Below, piece by piece: positions 36,001-48,890 of a stretch of 64,000 bases of DNA. The DNA is from Fimbriosthenelais zetlandica (Eukaryota). Position 1 is the first letter of the stretch. Every line of letters starts with the position of its first letter. The translations under genes were made by a program, and so were the position numbers. The stretch covers positions 16,430,001 to 16,494,000 of the forward strand of contig OZ365116.1 in the NCBI GenBank assembly GCA_977030845.1, written 5' to 3'. The notes under the pieces are model-generated. The model had not been told where the DNA came from. It was given only the letters and a program-made list of their open reading frames with translations, and made no database searches.

Positions 36001-39000
36001 CAACCTCTCCACCACCAGCACCACGAGGAGTAGTAGGAGTAGTCGGGTAAGGGAGCGGGAGCTAGCTGGGCTTTACAATACAAGAGCAAGCATTGAGCAG
36101 CTCTCACTGCCTCAGGCCTTCTCCACAATTCATCCTAGAAGCATATCCTACCCTCCTCCCCATCCTCAGACACACAGACACATTGTCCGATATGGCCACC
36201 ACGTGGATTGTACGAGCACCGGGGAGGAAACGCATGGTCCAAACATACTTGGATATACTCCATGGTGGTGAGACTGACATGCCTACCTTAACCATACACT
36301 GATGGTATGCGGGAAGGCAGCCACGTGCGTGATTCCACTCACAAAGGGTGTTAACTAGTGGCCAGTGACGGCATACACTGAGAATATTGTCATTAGTACT
36401 GTTTGTGTTGGTAATTTACATTCACGGCCCACATATTAATCTGGAGACAGGATACTGGACGTACTGGAGATATGCCTGACAGCCAGTTGGATTCAATGGT
36501 CAGCTGTTTTGTGTCGATCGTCAGCTTATAGGACCTAACAATAATGTAGGAAGATAAGTGTACAAACTGGAAGACAGTGAAATCACTGACATGAGAGAGG
36601 CGACCCTGATTAACAACTTATCGTTAAGTAGCATAGTCTAACGAACCACTAATTACACATTACCTGAGGCCAGAGCAAGGCCCCAGAAGCGAGTTAATTA
36701 GACTAACACCTGTCTCTTAGGACCTGCGACTGGTGTGCTATGATGCCTGGGGCATAGGTCCATTCTTATAGACTACCTTCAGTGTTAGAAGGTTCTCTAA
36801 TACCAGGGCCAGGATTCTGTAGCTGGAAGGTGGAGTTAGAAGGCTTGTATTATATGTGGATGGGATGTGGCTTGCCCTTCTTCCATTCAGCTGATTCTGG
36901 CTACACCGATACCTACTCAACTTTCCGATACTGTCAACAGGGACTGTCGGCGGTGTCAAAAAACACTGTTATAATAATGTCCATTGGTGTCAAGCCACGG
37001 TTGGCTGTACAAAGCGGCTAAAGCATTGACTGGATGAATATAGGTCCACTTCTTGATCCTTCCAAGCAGGATAAGGTGGATAATCACCTATCCTGGGGGA
37101 CCCACTCCAAATAGGATGGTGAATATGTATTAGTGCTTTGTGTGTATACATTGTATGCATGTAAACAGACAGAGCTCGGCAAGTCTGTATTGTTTGTACA
37201 CAGAACAAGCCTGAACACTCGGGAGCTTTTGGCCAATAATGAAGAAAATGACTATATTTAGGGGGAATTGGTAATCTTTTTCACCCAGCTAGTGGCTTAT
37301 CAACATAACAAGGTTGTGTGTGAAGTGATAACCCTGGAATGACTATACCATGGTGGGTCGTTGAGGTAGAATATACTAGCTCAACTATAGGATATGATAG
37401 AATGTGGAAGGCTCGGCTATAAGCAGGGTAGACCAGCTGGTGTAGTGAGGTGAATGGAAGGTGTTATCAGTTGGAAGCCTTATCTCTGATAACACAGCCC
37501 CTCTTATATGTTATCTCAGTGTCCTGTGGATGCCATATTCCCCAGACCTTCTCCCAAACCATCACCTTCTCTCATCAATCTAACCTTCTCCTGGTGTCTC
37601 AAACATCGATGGAAACTTCTACTAACATATACCGACTCCATGCTGTAACATCACTCAACATCTTCGGTGGCAAAGCAATTGCCAGTGACAACAGGGAATG
37701 ACCCAATGCATCTGATTTGATACGCTGATTCATCTCAAATTTCAATCAGGTTTCCATTGGTACGCAAAACGCCTATTCATGGCCAATATCCAGCGCAAGT
37801 TTCGATCCCTGACTTTGGAAAAAAAACAATGATTTGATATAAATTTAATATTCGTTCTTAATCTACGATCATAATCTGATACTGAATGTTTTATATATTT
37901 AGTATAAGCTCCTGAAATGTAGCCTTTGCCAATCAGTGACCTGCCTTGGGATTTCCATCTTTCACTCTGACGGAAGAAAATGTGTGATGCCAAGGGCGTA
38001 ACCCTTTGCCCGGCCAAGTCAAAGGTTGTGCTATTGTCTTTGCCAAGCTGACAAACAAGCTAGAAGAGTAAGGCCATTGAGATAGGGCATATCGACTGGC
38101 AGCAAGACATAGGGGCCTCACTTCGCATCTGTACACATTGAAAGTCCCTCGTCTAAAGAAGGAAAATACTGGCGATTTCGCGTCCCAGGCGACTTCTAGG
38201 ATGCCATAGCTTTCGTTCATTGATCAGGGATCGATCTCTCGACGGGTTCTACACGAGTTTTGTAGCTACGACTGGGCTTGGTGGGGGAGAGGATTATATA
38301 GCTTGTCTCTGTGTGCTCAGGAATAGTGTTCTACCCATTTTCTACTCTTCTACTTCTCACTAGAACAAGGGGTGAAGTGGCATCTCTTGTTTTAGAGTCA
38401 CCTACTTCTATAAAAGGATCAATAGCCGTGGATGGCTAGGCTACGTGCCACTGGCAGTGCGTGGTGATGGAGGTGTGCCTCCCCCAGTTAAAGCCTCATT
38501 TTGCCGATCAATCTTGTTAAATTCTGTGGGCATCTCACTGGAAATGCATTGCATCCTCGGTCGAGGCTCTAGTGGCAGATGATCTTCCCCTTTCCCCACC
38601 CCTCGACTTAGGCGAGGTGAAGGGCTAGCCTTGTAAGTTAGAGCTGTCTTATACTGGCTCATGATCATCACTCACAGCTAAATATTAATGATGAGGCCCT
38701 TAAAGAGAGGGTGAAATAAAGCAAGCAATATTACCAAACATAAATAATGGAATGATCCATAAAGAAATGATATTGCCTCCCTCCAGACACTCGATGGTCC
38801 TTAAATTGCAATTTGGAGTTAAACGAATGCATTTTTAAGGGCTATTCTGAATGATTTGCATTTTTTCTGAGCAATGCAAATGGCCATTATTTCTGATGTG
38901 CTTTCAGTGTTTGTGGGGTTCAGTGTTGTAATGGTGTTAGGCCATTGGTTTCCATGAAAGGAGATGTTAAAACATATGTCCATACCCTTGAGCATGAGGA

Positions 39001-41703
39001 AAGGCAATGTGTGTTCATAACGTCCTTCGAAAAGGTCTCTCTGCTCCATTACATTTGTTGAATTGAAATATTTGAATATCTCATCGTATTGTGGAAAAAA
39101 ATCATCGCCAAAGGAGAATAATATTTATAAATGCAAGATATTGAAAAATCCTTATAAAAGGAAGGAAAGAAATACACCCTGTGCATATAAAAAAAATATT
39201 TGAGTTGAAATCAATTGCCTTGATAGGATTGCGGAAAATCCTGGCAAATGTGATGAAAAGTTGAAGCTTTATCACACTGAAGGAAAAATTATTAGTGCTG
39301 TGTATTTGGAAGAGAATTAAACCAACATATTGTTGTGAAAATCGAATGGTTTGTCTGTGCCTGATCACAAAAAAAGTGAAGGAATAGTCCTCAGAGGAAG
39401 AACGTTGATTTGATGCCAGTGTTTTGCAAGTGAAAAAAGTGAAGTGGTGCGTGAAGCTAGGATTGTCATTGACGGGAAGCATGGTGATGAGGTCAACAGC
39501 AGGTAACATTCCTGTCCACTGGGCATGGAATTCAAACTTCTACCTCCTTGTTGTCATGCCTTAGTATTTTCACATCTAGCTCTAGATCTTTTGCCTTGCT
39601 TAGCATCTGTTCCTTGCACTAGACTTGGATTAGGCACTTTGCAGTGTGTACATGCGGTTTATGACTATTTTAATGGGCTTTACGTCTGTGAGTACTGGTA
39701 GCAGCATGTTGTAGTTTTGGTCCTGCTAGTGGGTGATAATAGGTGAGTGGATGTGTTGAGTCGCTAAACGCCTGCTGACCATCAGTTGATGTGCATGCTC
39801 TTCCTCCCTCCTTCATCACGCCTCTAAAGACCTATTTTCAGCCGCTAGGTTTTTACAAGTGTCGCCGCCAGTCGCTGGCACATTTGGCTAGCTTTGGTGG
39901 AAGATATGATTTTTTATGACCGGTGTCCCTCCCAGCCCATCTACCATCCACCCGACCGCCCCACTTCTTACCCGAGCAACAACTTCTCTAAATCTTTCAC
40001 TTCTCTGCACTTGAATCGGTTTGATTTTATCGTGGACCTTCTCGCTCCAATCAATGCTAATCTCTCCCAGGATTACGGGGCTGTTTTCATATGGAATTTC
40101 CACAGTAACCATAATTCATGTTGAAGGGGCAGAATTGCTATTAATCTAGAAACATTGAATGACAGAACGTTCTTTCTGCATTCTTTCCTTTTGTGAGAAA
40201 TGCTCTAGCGGAGTCCTTTAAAAAAGTTTTAATTGCATTTGGTGTTCCATAGCGTTCGCCCATCTATTCAGCATATAGGTCTTAATTATTGGGCTAATCC
40301 TCTGGTCTTACCAGGAAGATATATGCGAGGTTTTTTGTTTTAAGTCTGAGGAGAACTGGGTGCTGGCAGTTCCTTTGATGTGCTTAGCTGCGGGGAAGAC
40401 CAAGCTTGTGAGAAAAATAGGAGATCTAGGAACTCTTTTACCTCTCGTGCCCTCCCCATTTGACCTGTGGCTTTGAAAGGAAAAAGACTGTTTCCTATCT
40501 GTCAGGCAAATTGCTCTCTCTCCCTCTCTCTTTCCGCATTTTCGTTTGTTATTCAGAACATGTATTTCTTTTTCAAATGCTCAATATTCACACAAGATAT
40601 ATAGATCCTTGCTAAGAGCTTGTTTTTTATGGAAAATGTTGGAAATATATAAAGAAGACAATAGGAGGTAAGAGAAGAGTGGGGTCGATAAGAGAAAGGA
40701 AAAGAAGTAAGGGGAGAAAGGAGAGAAAGGAGCGATGGGAGAGTGAGTGAGAGAGCATGATTTTCTAGTTATCTTGTAGGCCTATACTGGTAAGGAGCGT
40801 TCAGACCTCAGCCTATATATAACCCTACCCAACATACCACCCACAGCCAAACTCTCCGCCAGGGACGTTAACCCTCGGTGCCTCGAGGCCCTTCTGTCCC
40901 ACACACTTACCAGTCAAGTGAAGAATTTCCAATGTGACACTAACCAATGTCCCACTCTGCCTTCCCCTCTTCGCCTTTATGCATCTTTCATACTCTCCTC
41001 TTCTCTTTAGTGCATCATACCTCTTGTCCTAAATTTGTTCTCTTCAGGGTCCATTAGCCTACCCGTTTTGCACTAGTATACACTCTCTATTCGCTGTCAT
41101 AGATCTATATATAATACAGTGACATCAATATACTGGGAAATCCATCCACTGAAAACAATATTTCAGCTCGCTGACATGGGTCTCAAATGTACATGTGGAA
41201 CAACTTGTACTCAATATGTATTTATTGTTATTTCCTATCGCGAGTTTCAAGTTAAAAAGTATGACTGTGTGAAAGAGGCAGAGCTGTGAATATTCAGCTA
41301 AAACAGTTCTTTTATTATAAATGAGGGTCCTGCTATATATTTAGACCTTTTGTTTTAAGCTCTCATTTCCACATCCTGCCACTTTCCCCCTGTGCCTGTC
41401 CCTGTCCCTATGTCACTTATAATCAGGTTTCTATCCAGCTATCCGCGCTGTGTTAAGCCTCGTCTGTCCTTGGAGACGGTGCCACTCTTTTCTATTATTA
41501 GCTGTACTCAACAGAGCTGATGGATCTGAACTAAATGGTCCTGTCATGATCTTTATGGGAAATAGAGGAACTCAAAGATTTTTAACTGCTGAACAGTCAT
41601 TATGGGTGTGAACTGTAAACACACAGGAGAGAGATAGGCTTGTCAAAAGATGCCCTGTCCTGGCTCTTTTCTATAATCAGTTTGACCTATTCTCTGGATC
41701 ACA

Positions 41704-41853
41704 GAGTTTGCAAGGCATGCTCTGGTGGAAAATGGTCCGCTCTATAAGTTGCATCATTCCAATCCATATCAATTTAAGTCTGACAGAGAAGAGCCGTACT
41801 ACCCATAATGTGAGGTGGCACGCCAGTTTCTAATATCTAATACTAGAACTAAT
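41704..41853 (+). repeat. Dispersed repeat, copy B (partner at 10256-10366)
   Basis: ccatatcaatttaagtctgacagagaagagccgtactacccataatgtgaggtggcacgccagtttctaatatctaatactagaactaat aligns to copy A in the same orientation. Confidence 0.85.
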
Positions 41854-43577
41854 TTTTCTGCTTAGTTGTATTTCTTCTCTCTCCCTGTTCCCCACTCAGT
41901 TCCCTATCTATTCTCACTTCTTCCCCAGTCACTGCCTCCCTCTCCCTTGCAGTCATTTTCATATAACTTCCCCTCTCCCCTTTTTTTCCCTCCCTCAATA
42001 TCTCTGCCTCATTTCCTTCCTCCGTCCAACCTCATCTCGTACAGAGAACTTTCTCCATCTCCTACCTTCATCATTACTTCACCAGATAAATCCTATTTCA
42101 TTCCCAGCCAACTTTGCTTAATGTTTCTGCACCACTCCGTGATCGATTATTAAGAAAAGAAAGCTTTGGATTTTGATCAATATTAATTGCATAATGCCTC
42201 TATATTCATTTGATAAAATTAGTGTTTAGAATGGATGCTTTTGGCTGTGGGTCTGTTGCATGTCACTTTGATGCATTATTTAGATGGTTAGTGAGAATGT
42301 GACTGATGTTGTGTTTAGTTAGAATTTCCCATTTTCAGCCCAGAACTCATCTCCTCTCCGTTTTATAGGCTCCAAAGACAGACATCAGGAGGACTAGCCA
42401 AGGTAAGCACTCCATTTTCCTGAAATTTTCCCACACTAAAACCTACCATTAGTATCTTTGAAGTGAAAACAAGATAATTTTAGCGACGAAACTGAGAGAC
42501 TTGGTCCTTGTGTTTCTCTCATTCACCATTCGGTTTTTTTGACACCTAGCTTAATTTATACATACATTACAATGAGTGTATGTAAATAACTTTATTTATT
42601 ATGATTTTTACCAGAGCTGTCGAATTTCTCAATTGTAAACCTGTGCAGGTTATCTGTGTAGTTTTGAGAGTTCTGACCATAATACTATGATACCATAACA
42701 TTAAAGGCCTATCTAATTAAAAGGGAAATAGGTAGGTTATATACTTACATCTATTTCTTACAATAATTTAAAGTAGGCTTCATGTTAAAACATAATATTC
42801 AGATAAGGAAGTCTATAGGTGTACATATGACTTCTTGTCATTCTCATATAGCAGAGTGATAGGATTTGTGTTCATTAGTTGGCTCTAAGAGGATTCAAAG
42901 TTCTTCTACATTAATTTATATATCCGTATGTGCGTTAGACGAACAATTACTTTATAGTACAAATATATATTAATGGGAAAATTCAATTTGTGGGGCCCTG
43001 TAAAAAGTACTGTATTGAAAGGAAGCCATTAGAATTTCCAGGACTCGAGGTGATTATATTTCATTTCTAAGACACTATTTGTGCATTATCTTTACTGTTA
43101 ACTATATGCTTGAATAGGGCATATGTTATATCATACCTAGGGGAAAATATTACTTAATGTCAGCAAGTCATTTACTATCACTATCATATACAATAGTGGA
43201 CATTGAAAATTTTATTTAATCACAAAGTGTGCATCCCCTACCCCCATCCGTCCATCCTCCACTCCCAGCAGTGCACTGCCCCCATCCCACCCCTCCATCT
43301 CCTCTCCATGTAGCCTATGTGACAAGACTATAAGCCATAGTAGGGTTGAGTTCAATATTATAAATGGCCTCGTACCATTATATGTCGCTGTCCTCTAATA
43401 CCCGAGTCGTACACATTAGCTTCAATGTGAGACAGCTTCTTAGACCGACCTACAGCCAGACCCTATAGTCTAAACTCAGCCACTGTTAGTGGGAGAAAAG
43501 CAAGCTTTTGTCCCTTTTGTAGCCTCACACTTGCCGGAAATGTGGGAGTCGGGCAAACCATTAGTCTTTTTTCTCCC

Positions 43578-43740
43578 TTACTTTGGCCGTTTTTGTACAT
43601 CAATACCCATGGTCTCCTCCACTGTGGGCAGGAATGTCGCCACTGGAATTTTTTTTAGGTTCACTTGACCAAAGAGGAGTAGTTGAAGCTTGGTAGCCTT
43701 CACACTCATTACAGGTCTGGCTTTTAATCTTATTTCCACA
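43578..43740 (-). mobile_element. Possible decayed Gypsy/Ty3 reverse-transcriptase fragment
   Basis: PVMSVKATKLQLLLFGQVNLKKIPVATFLPTVEETM loosely resembles the Gypsy RT segment P-I-V-L-V-K-K...D-F-R-x-L-N...P-L-P-x-I-E-E. The resemblance is by eye only. Confidence 0.25.
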
Positions 43741-46029
43741 AGGCCAGACAAAGTGAACACATTTTGCTCACTATTTAAAAGCTATTTTTAATATTTTCAC
43801 ATTAAATATAGCCTATAAATACAATGTTCTTCATGTTAAACCGTCTAAGTGGGAAACATACATTAGGCCTAAAGAGTCATCCATAGAATATGGCTGAGTT
43901 TGCGTCTAGGCAAACATTATATACACTTTATATACTCGATCGGTGTTTTAATGGAAATTAAACAGCACCAAACCTGAGATATTCTCCCAAATAGGCCTAA
44001 GAAATAACAAGTATAGGTGGGCCCTGTCATTGCATCTCCCTTTTCTCACGAATCGGTGCGCGGCATGAAACGCCCCCTAGAGAGTACAACCGGAGAGTAA
44101 ACGGTCACGTGGGTGGGTTAGCCCAAATACCTGTTGGATCTACTACTATAGGTGTGTGGTTAGCCGTGGATCCGTGTCTTGAGAGAAACTCTGTGTCAAA
44201 TGTCAGCCTACACTTTCTACTTAAACCTTCAATACTCTATAGGTAAGTTAGATATACATTCAAACTACACATTGCCTAATTTCTAGGGGAATATTACCGT
44301 GGGAAAAATGAAAATTCAATGTTTTACATTACTGTGCTGCTCCCCTCCTGAGGCGAGAGGCCTCGGACCGGGTGGGGGACACACGAATGACCGCTACTTG
44401 GTCATGTTTCTCACTTTCCCCACTCACATTTGAGTTCACATTTAGACATGGTAGCCTATCTCAGGAATATGTTTATTTGCGGTTTTAGGATGCATGACTG
44501 GGTTCATTGGATAGAAAATGACGGTTTCACAGCGTCGAGGTATAGGCAGTCTAGGCCAAGGCCTAGACCAGCCTTTCTTATCCAGCTCGTCTGTTCTTGA
44601 TGGCTTCAATGATGACTGGTAGGTTTATAGAGATTGTTTTATATATTACTAATATTACTAATAATGTCTATTTCATACATGATCCATTGACCCCAAGTGA
44701 GGTGATAGGCCCTCCCACTATAAGCCTATCATACGCCTATATATAGACCTAGTCGGTTACGGGTTAGGTAAGACTATAGACCTATATATAGGCCCTGGGA
44801 AACTTTTCAACAATTGCCAATACATTGCGTACATACTCAGTTAGTCAATATATATATATATGCCTGGGACTGTGGCAGGGACTGATAGCCTATATCGCAT
44901 GGCTAAATAGTAATAAAATATAATATAAATATAATAAAAATATACAAATATAATTCGTCTAAGTCTGGCCTATATAAAAGTAAGGGAGTTTTGACGAAAT
45001 AGATTGTTAATAGGGGGCCTACAAGACCATATTATATATTGTCTGGTGTGGTGAGCCTTTCTTCAGTATTACTATAAAAATACTCTCTTCTGTGATGGCG
45101 CGTGACCTTTTCTTGCTATGTAAGCAACCAGAGCTTGAGTTGATTGTGGAAGAAATAATACCTCTTGCAAGCTCCTCAGTCTTTGTTGCTCTTTTTTCTA
45201 AGCTGTTTTTCTCTTGTCCTCCACTCTTAACAAGGAAACCTACGTCTGGATTGAAGACCAGATTTAAGCTTTAGACCCACACAGATCTTAAGGGTCTATA
45301 GAGCCCAAGGGCATCCATAAAGACATGCTTTTTGAGTAGTAGGTTTTTTTTCACGTCATTCCCTCTCCTTCCTGTCAAATAGTTCTGCACAGAGTACATA
45401 GATCTAGATGATAGAAGAAGAAAGGCAGCCTAGACAACTCCGTCTGTGCTCACCCCTGAAGAATTAGATTATGACAATCTATAAGGCAGGTGTTTGGTAT
45501 AACAAGTGAGTGGGGAGAAGCCTTGCCCTTATTTCACACTTCTGTAAATGTAGCCAAATGACTATTCTTCATTTGTCACTACTAGAATGCCTTTACACGA
45601 AGAAATGTTTTATATTTATGGGTACTGGTCCTGTTCTTAATTGCAGGCTATATATCTGTTTCATTTTAAATTATAGTGTATGATAAATACTGTATAGAGT
45701 GGAAGATAATGGCTATATTTCCCTTCCCTACCACTCTTCTTATCACCCTGACAGGCATATATAAACCATTCCCTCACCCGCATATATACCATATTGGCTG
45801 TGTGGAATTGTTTTTACAAATCCAAATGACAAAAAAGTGAGTGAGGCTTATAAGAAAGCGACTTAAAGAGTTGTTGGGAGGATGGGGGACGGGGTAGATG
45901 GAGAGTGAAGAGTCCTTCGTTAGATTAGTTTGTGTGGAGAGCCCCCTGAGAAATATAGCTAGGTCTAATCGCAATGAGGCCAGGGTGTGTCCCCATCCTA
46001 CAAGCTAGCAATGGTAATGAAGCCTGTCC

Positions 46030-46210
46030 TTGAGAAAGGAGAAATTTAAGGGAGAGGAGAGAGAGACAGAGAGAGGGGGGATATGTAGAGTAGGAAATAG
46101 AGAAGGGTGAGGAAAGATACAGGCTGGATAGAGGGGAAAGTAAGAGAGGAAGAGTTGTCTTGGGAAAGAAGGCAAGAAGCAAAGGAGGTAGAGAGGATAG
46201 AGACTGAGCT
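46030..46210. repeat. GA-rich low-complexity tract
   Basis: gagaggagagagagacagagagagggggg and similar runs; these explain the Leu/Ser/Pro track ORFs on the minus strand. Confidence 0.75.
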
Positions 46211-47434
46211 GGAGATAGTATTGTAAGATTGATACCCAAGTTTCCCCCCAGCCTTGTCCCATGACACCCACTGTGATACGGCGAGTGGGAATTGATTTAA
46301 ACATTTCCCGGACTCGTACAGGACAGAGATGACATCTCCCCCGAGCTGCTCGAGGAGGAGCTAGAGAAGGAATAGGAGCACTAGACCTTAATTGATTCTT
46401 CTAATCCAATAGAACTGTCTGGAGCTGGCATTAAATGTGTTTCCATGACAGCTGAACATGTGTATTTCACACTCATTTAACAACTTTTCCCACTCTGACA
46501 ATTTAGGAGATGCAGATTTTACAAATTAGGTCTATTCTTTGCATAAGTCGAGGCTTCCTACTTTCCAGTGCTGTACAACTTGTCAGGATTATTGAATAAG
46601 CCCAGATAATCCAAGTCAATGCCCGATTCCCTGGCTTTTGAATTCTCCAGCAGCATTGACTTTTTGACTTGTGTCTTCTCGAGTTAATTGAGATAGAACG
46701 AAAACAAGAAAATGTACAAAATAATATCTTGAACCATGCAATTATAATCATTACAACCACCCAATATTCGTCAGTGAAAAATGCTTCTTTGAAAATTTCA
46801 AGTGCCTGACTTCTACCATTGTTTATTGGAGCACAGCTATATGACCAGGGATAAAAGCATGGTGCTCGACACCTCAACTTATCGATTTCAATTAGCTGTG
46901 AAAGTCATACCCCTCATTCCCAACACAAAACAGATCAGCTATAATCACCTTCTTGTGATTATATTTCATTTTTAATATCCCCTTCATGTGAGCAATCGCA
47001 AAGCAAAGCAAGGTGTATCGATTCTCAATTGTCTTTCGTTTAATCACTATTGTGGGCCATCATATTGGTATCCAATTTTGTGAGGACGGCTCAAGTGCCT
47101 AATTATGATATATGACTAGTGTATTGAGAGGGGTGTCTGGCCATTGTATGGGGAGGGGATGAGTTGCTCTACAATACTCTCCGCCACCTACATAGTGCTC
47201 AGACAATGTTCGCGCACAGAAACACTTCATCTAAGTTAAGCCGTTGTACAGAAAACAGAGGCGTTGACAATATCCTTGGGTAAGCCGACTTCTATTTATT
47301 TCCTGTGGCGGAGTATTCAGTGGACCGGGAGTCGCTTATCGCAGCATTCTGGTAAAACAGCGATTGGTCCAGCAAAGCTGTGCAAGGACAAATGACCTGC
47401 ACCCTCTGGTGAAGGAATGTATTATTCATAGTCG

Positions 47435-47463
47435 CTTAGACTATAGATCCACTAAGGTCTTAA
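47435..47463 (+). repeat. Same short dispersed family, copy 5
   Basis: cttagactatagatccactaaggtcttaa; a further partial tagatccactgac lies at 47544-47556. Confidence 0.6.
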
Positions 47464-48629
47464 ATTTGTTACAGTTTAAGTCCCCACAGCTCTTAACAGT
47501 GTACAATGCTCCATATGGCAAATTTACAAAGTAATCTGAAGGGTAGATCCACTGACACAAAAAGCATTATATTGTTGCCTGATGTTCTTGACAAAACCCA
47601 GTGAATGACTAGCTTTAGTGTTAGCGCCCTTATTTGCAGCATGAAAGTCTGGCCACCTTCCCTACATTGTCTCCTCTCAGAACAGGATAGGTTTTAAGAA
47701 TGGCTGAATCTAATTTCAAGTGGGTTGTGGTGGCACTTCATAAAAGTGATCTCTCAAGGTGGGACAAGTTCAAAATGAGATTAAAGGAAGTGTGTGGTGT
47801 TCCAGAGGAGATGCCCTCCCCTCTTACATTATTAAGTTAATGCTATATAGGTTGGTACAGTCCATTTTTGCAAGGCACTCAGGATTTTATATGGAATTTT
47901 GGCCTTTTGACTGAGTTTTTGCATCTGCTGTTACTGCAGAGGCATATATGTGCTTTAATATTATATATTATAACATTTTTTATTAGAAAAAAGTATAACA
48001 ATTTTAAACCAAACGTTTGATGAATTGTCAGAGAATGTTTCACTCTGTTGCTGTCAATGACAGATGATTTTGCTTCATTGAAAATTCTTTAACACTTCTA
48101 TAATCGAAGTCAAATGCTTCCAGTCAGTGGAGAGCTCTGTTTGAAGATTGATGAAATAGAAGCAAGTGACAAGATCTGTGATCCGGTTTAGGAGATCAGC
48201 ACCGCACCACAATTTATCTGGCTTAGAAGCAAACCCACTATGGTTCCCAGACGTTAAGATCCAAGTCAGAATAAAACTATTGACAGACACTTTCTTCCAA
48301 GGATCCCATTAGATTCCCCTTCCAACTCTCCGATGCTTAATGTACTGCAAACACCAAATTGTCTTTTTCTATTCTGCTTAAACGGCCAATTATAAAGATA
48401 GTCACACAGATGGCAACTCTTATCAATATTGAAATATTGATTAGCCTCCGTGGCTGGGGGATTAAGGAAATAGGTCACTATCTACTCAAGCCTGTTGTAA
48501 TCTAAAATCTATAGAGGCATAATAAAGCCATAAAATGAAATTATTCAATTAAAAGCGCATTATTTTTATGAATGGTAATTATATCAATAAGACAAGGTCC
48601 TTGATGATCATATTGTGTAAGGAAATCAG

Positions 48630-48890
48630 TGCGGTGGGTTGATGTAAGCGTTCCATCATGTGATACGCCTAGATACTTGGTCTCATCTTAAAATTCCCCT
48701 CCTAGATAGATCTATAGGAGGACGTCCCTGCCTTCCTCTCACAGACCTCTATGGATTTTCCTGGAGATCTAGGATCATGTCACGGCCAATGATCTGGGAC
48801 GGTGTCCTCCTATATTTTTGTTATCCGCTTCTTTCTGTGTTTTTATATCCGTCTAATGACTATAGGCTATATTCACTCTGTGCCGGGGAT
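48630..48890 (-). mobile_element. Internally deleted non-LTR (LINE) reverse-transcriptase relic
   Basis: One minus-strand frame reads ...KEADNKNIGGHRPRSLAVT*S*ISRKIHRGL... (RPISL-type motif, 48787-48801) and 41 codons later ETKYLGVSHDGTLTSTH (KYLGV-x-x-D-x-x-L-x-x-x-x-H motif, 48664-48678). An EWNIA-like segment lies upstream at 48865-48878 after a frameshift. Confidence 0.5.

Noticed and set aside
35837-36302. 144-aa ORF and overlapping ORFs
   Set aside because: Built around a (CCT)n repeat; no homology recognised.
37755-37815. Second tRNA/SINE-like segment (ttggtacgc...gtttcgatccc)
   Set aside because: The B box lacks GG, the A box is poor, and no cloverleaf forms.
43472-43901. 11-bp inverted repeat 420 nt apart (possible MITE TIRs)
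   Set aside because: Does not extend, no target-site duplication, expected by chance.
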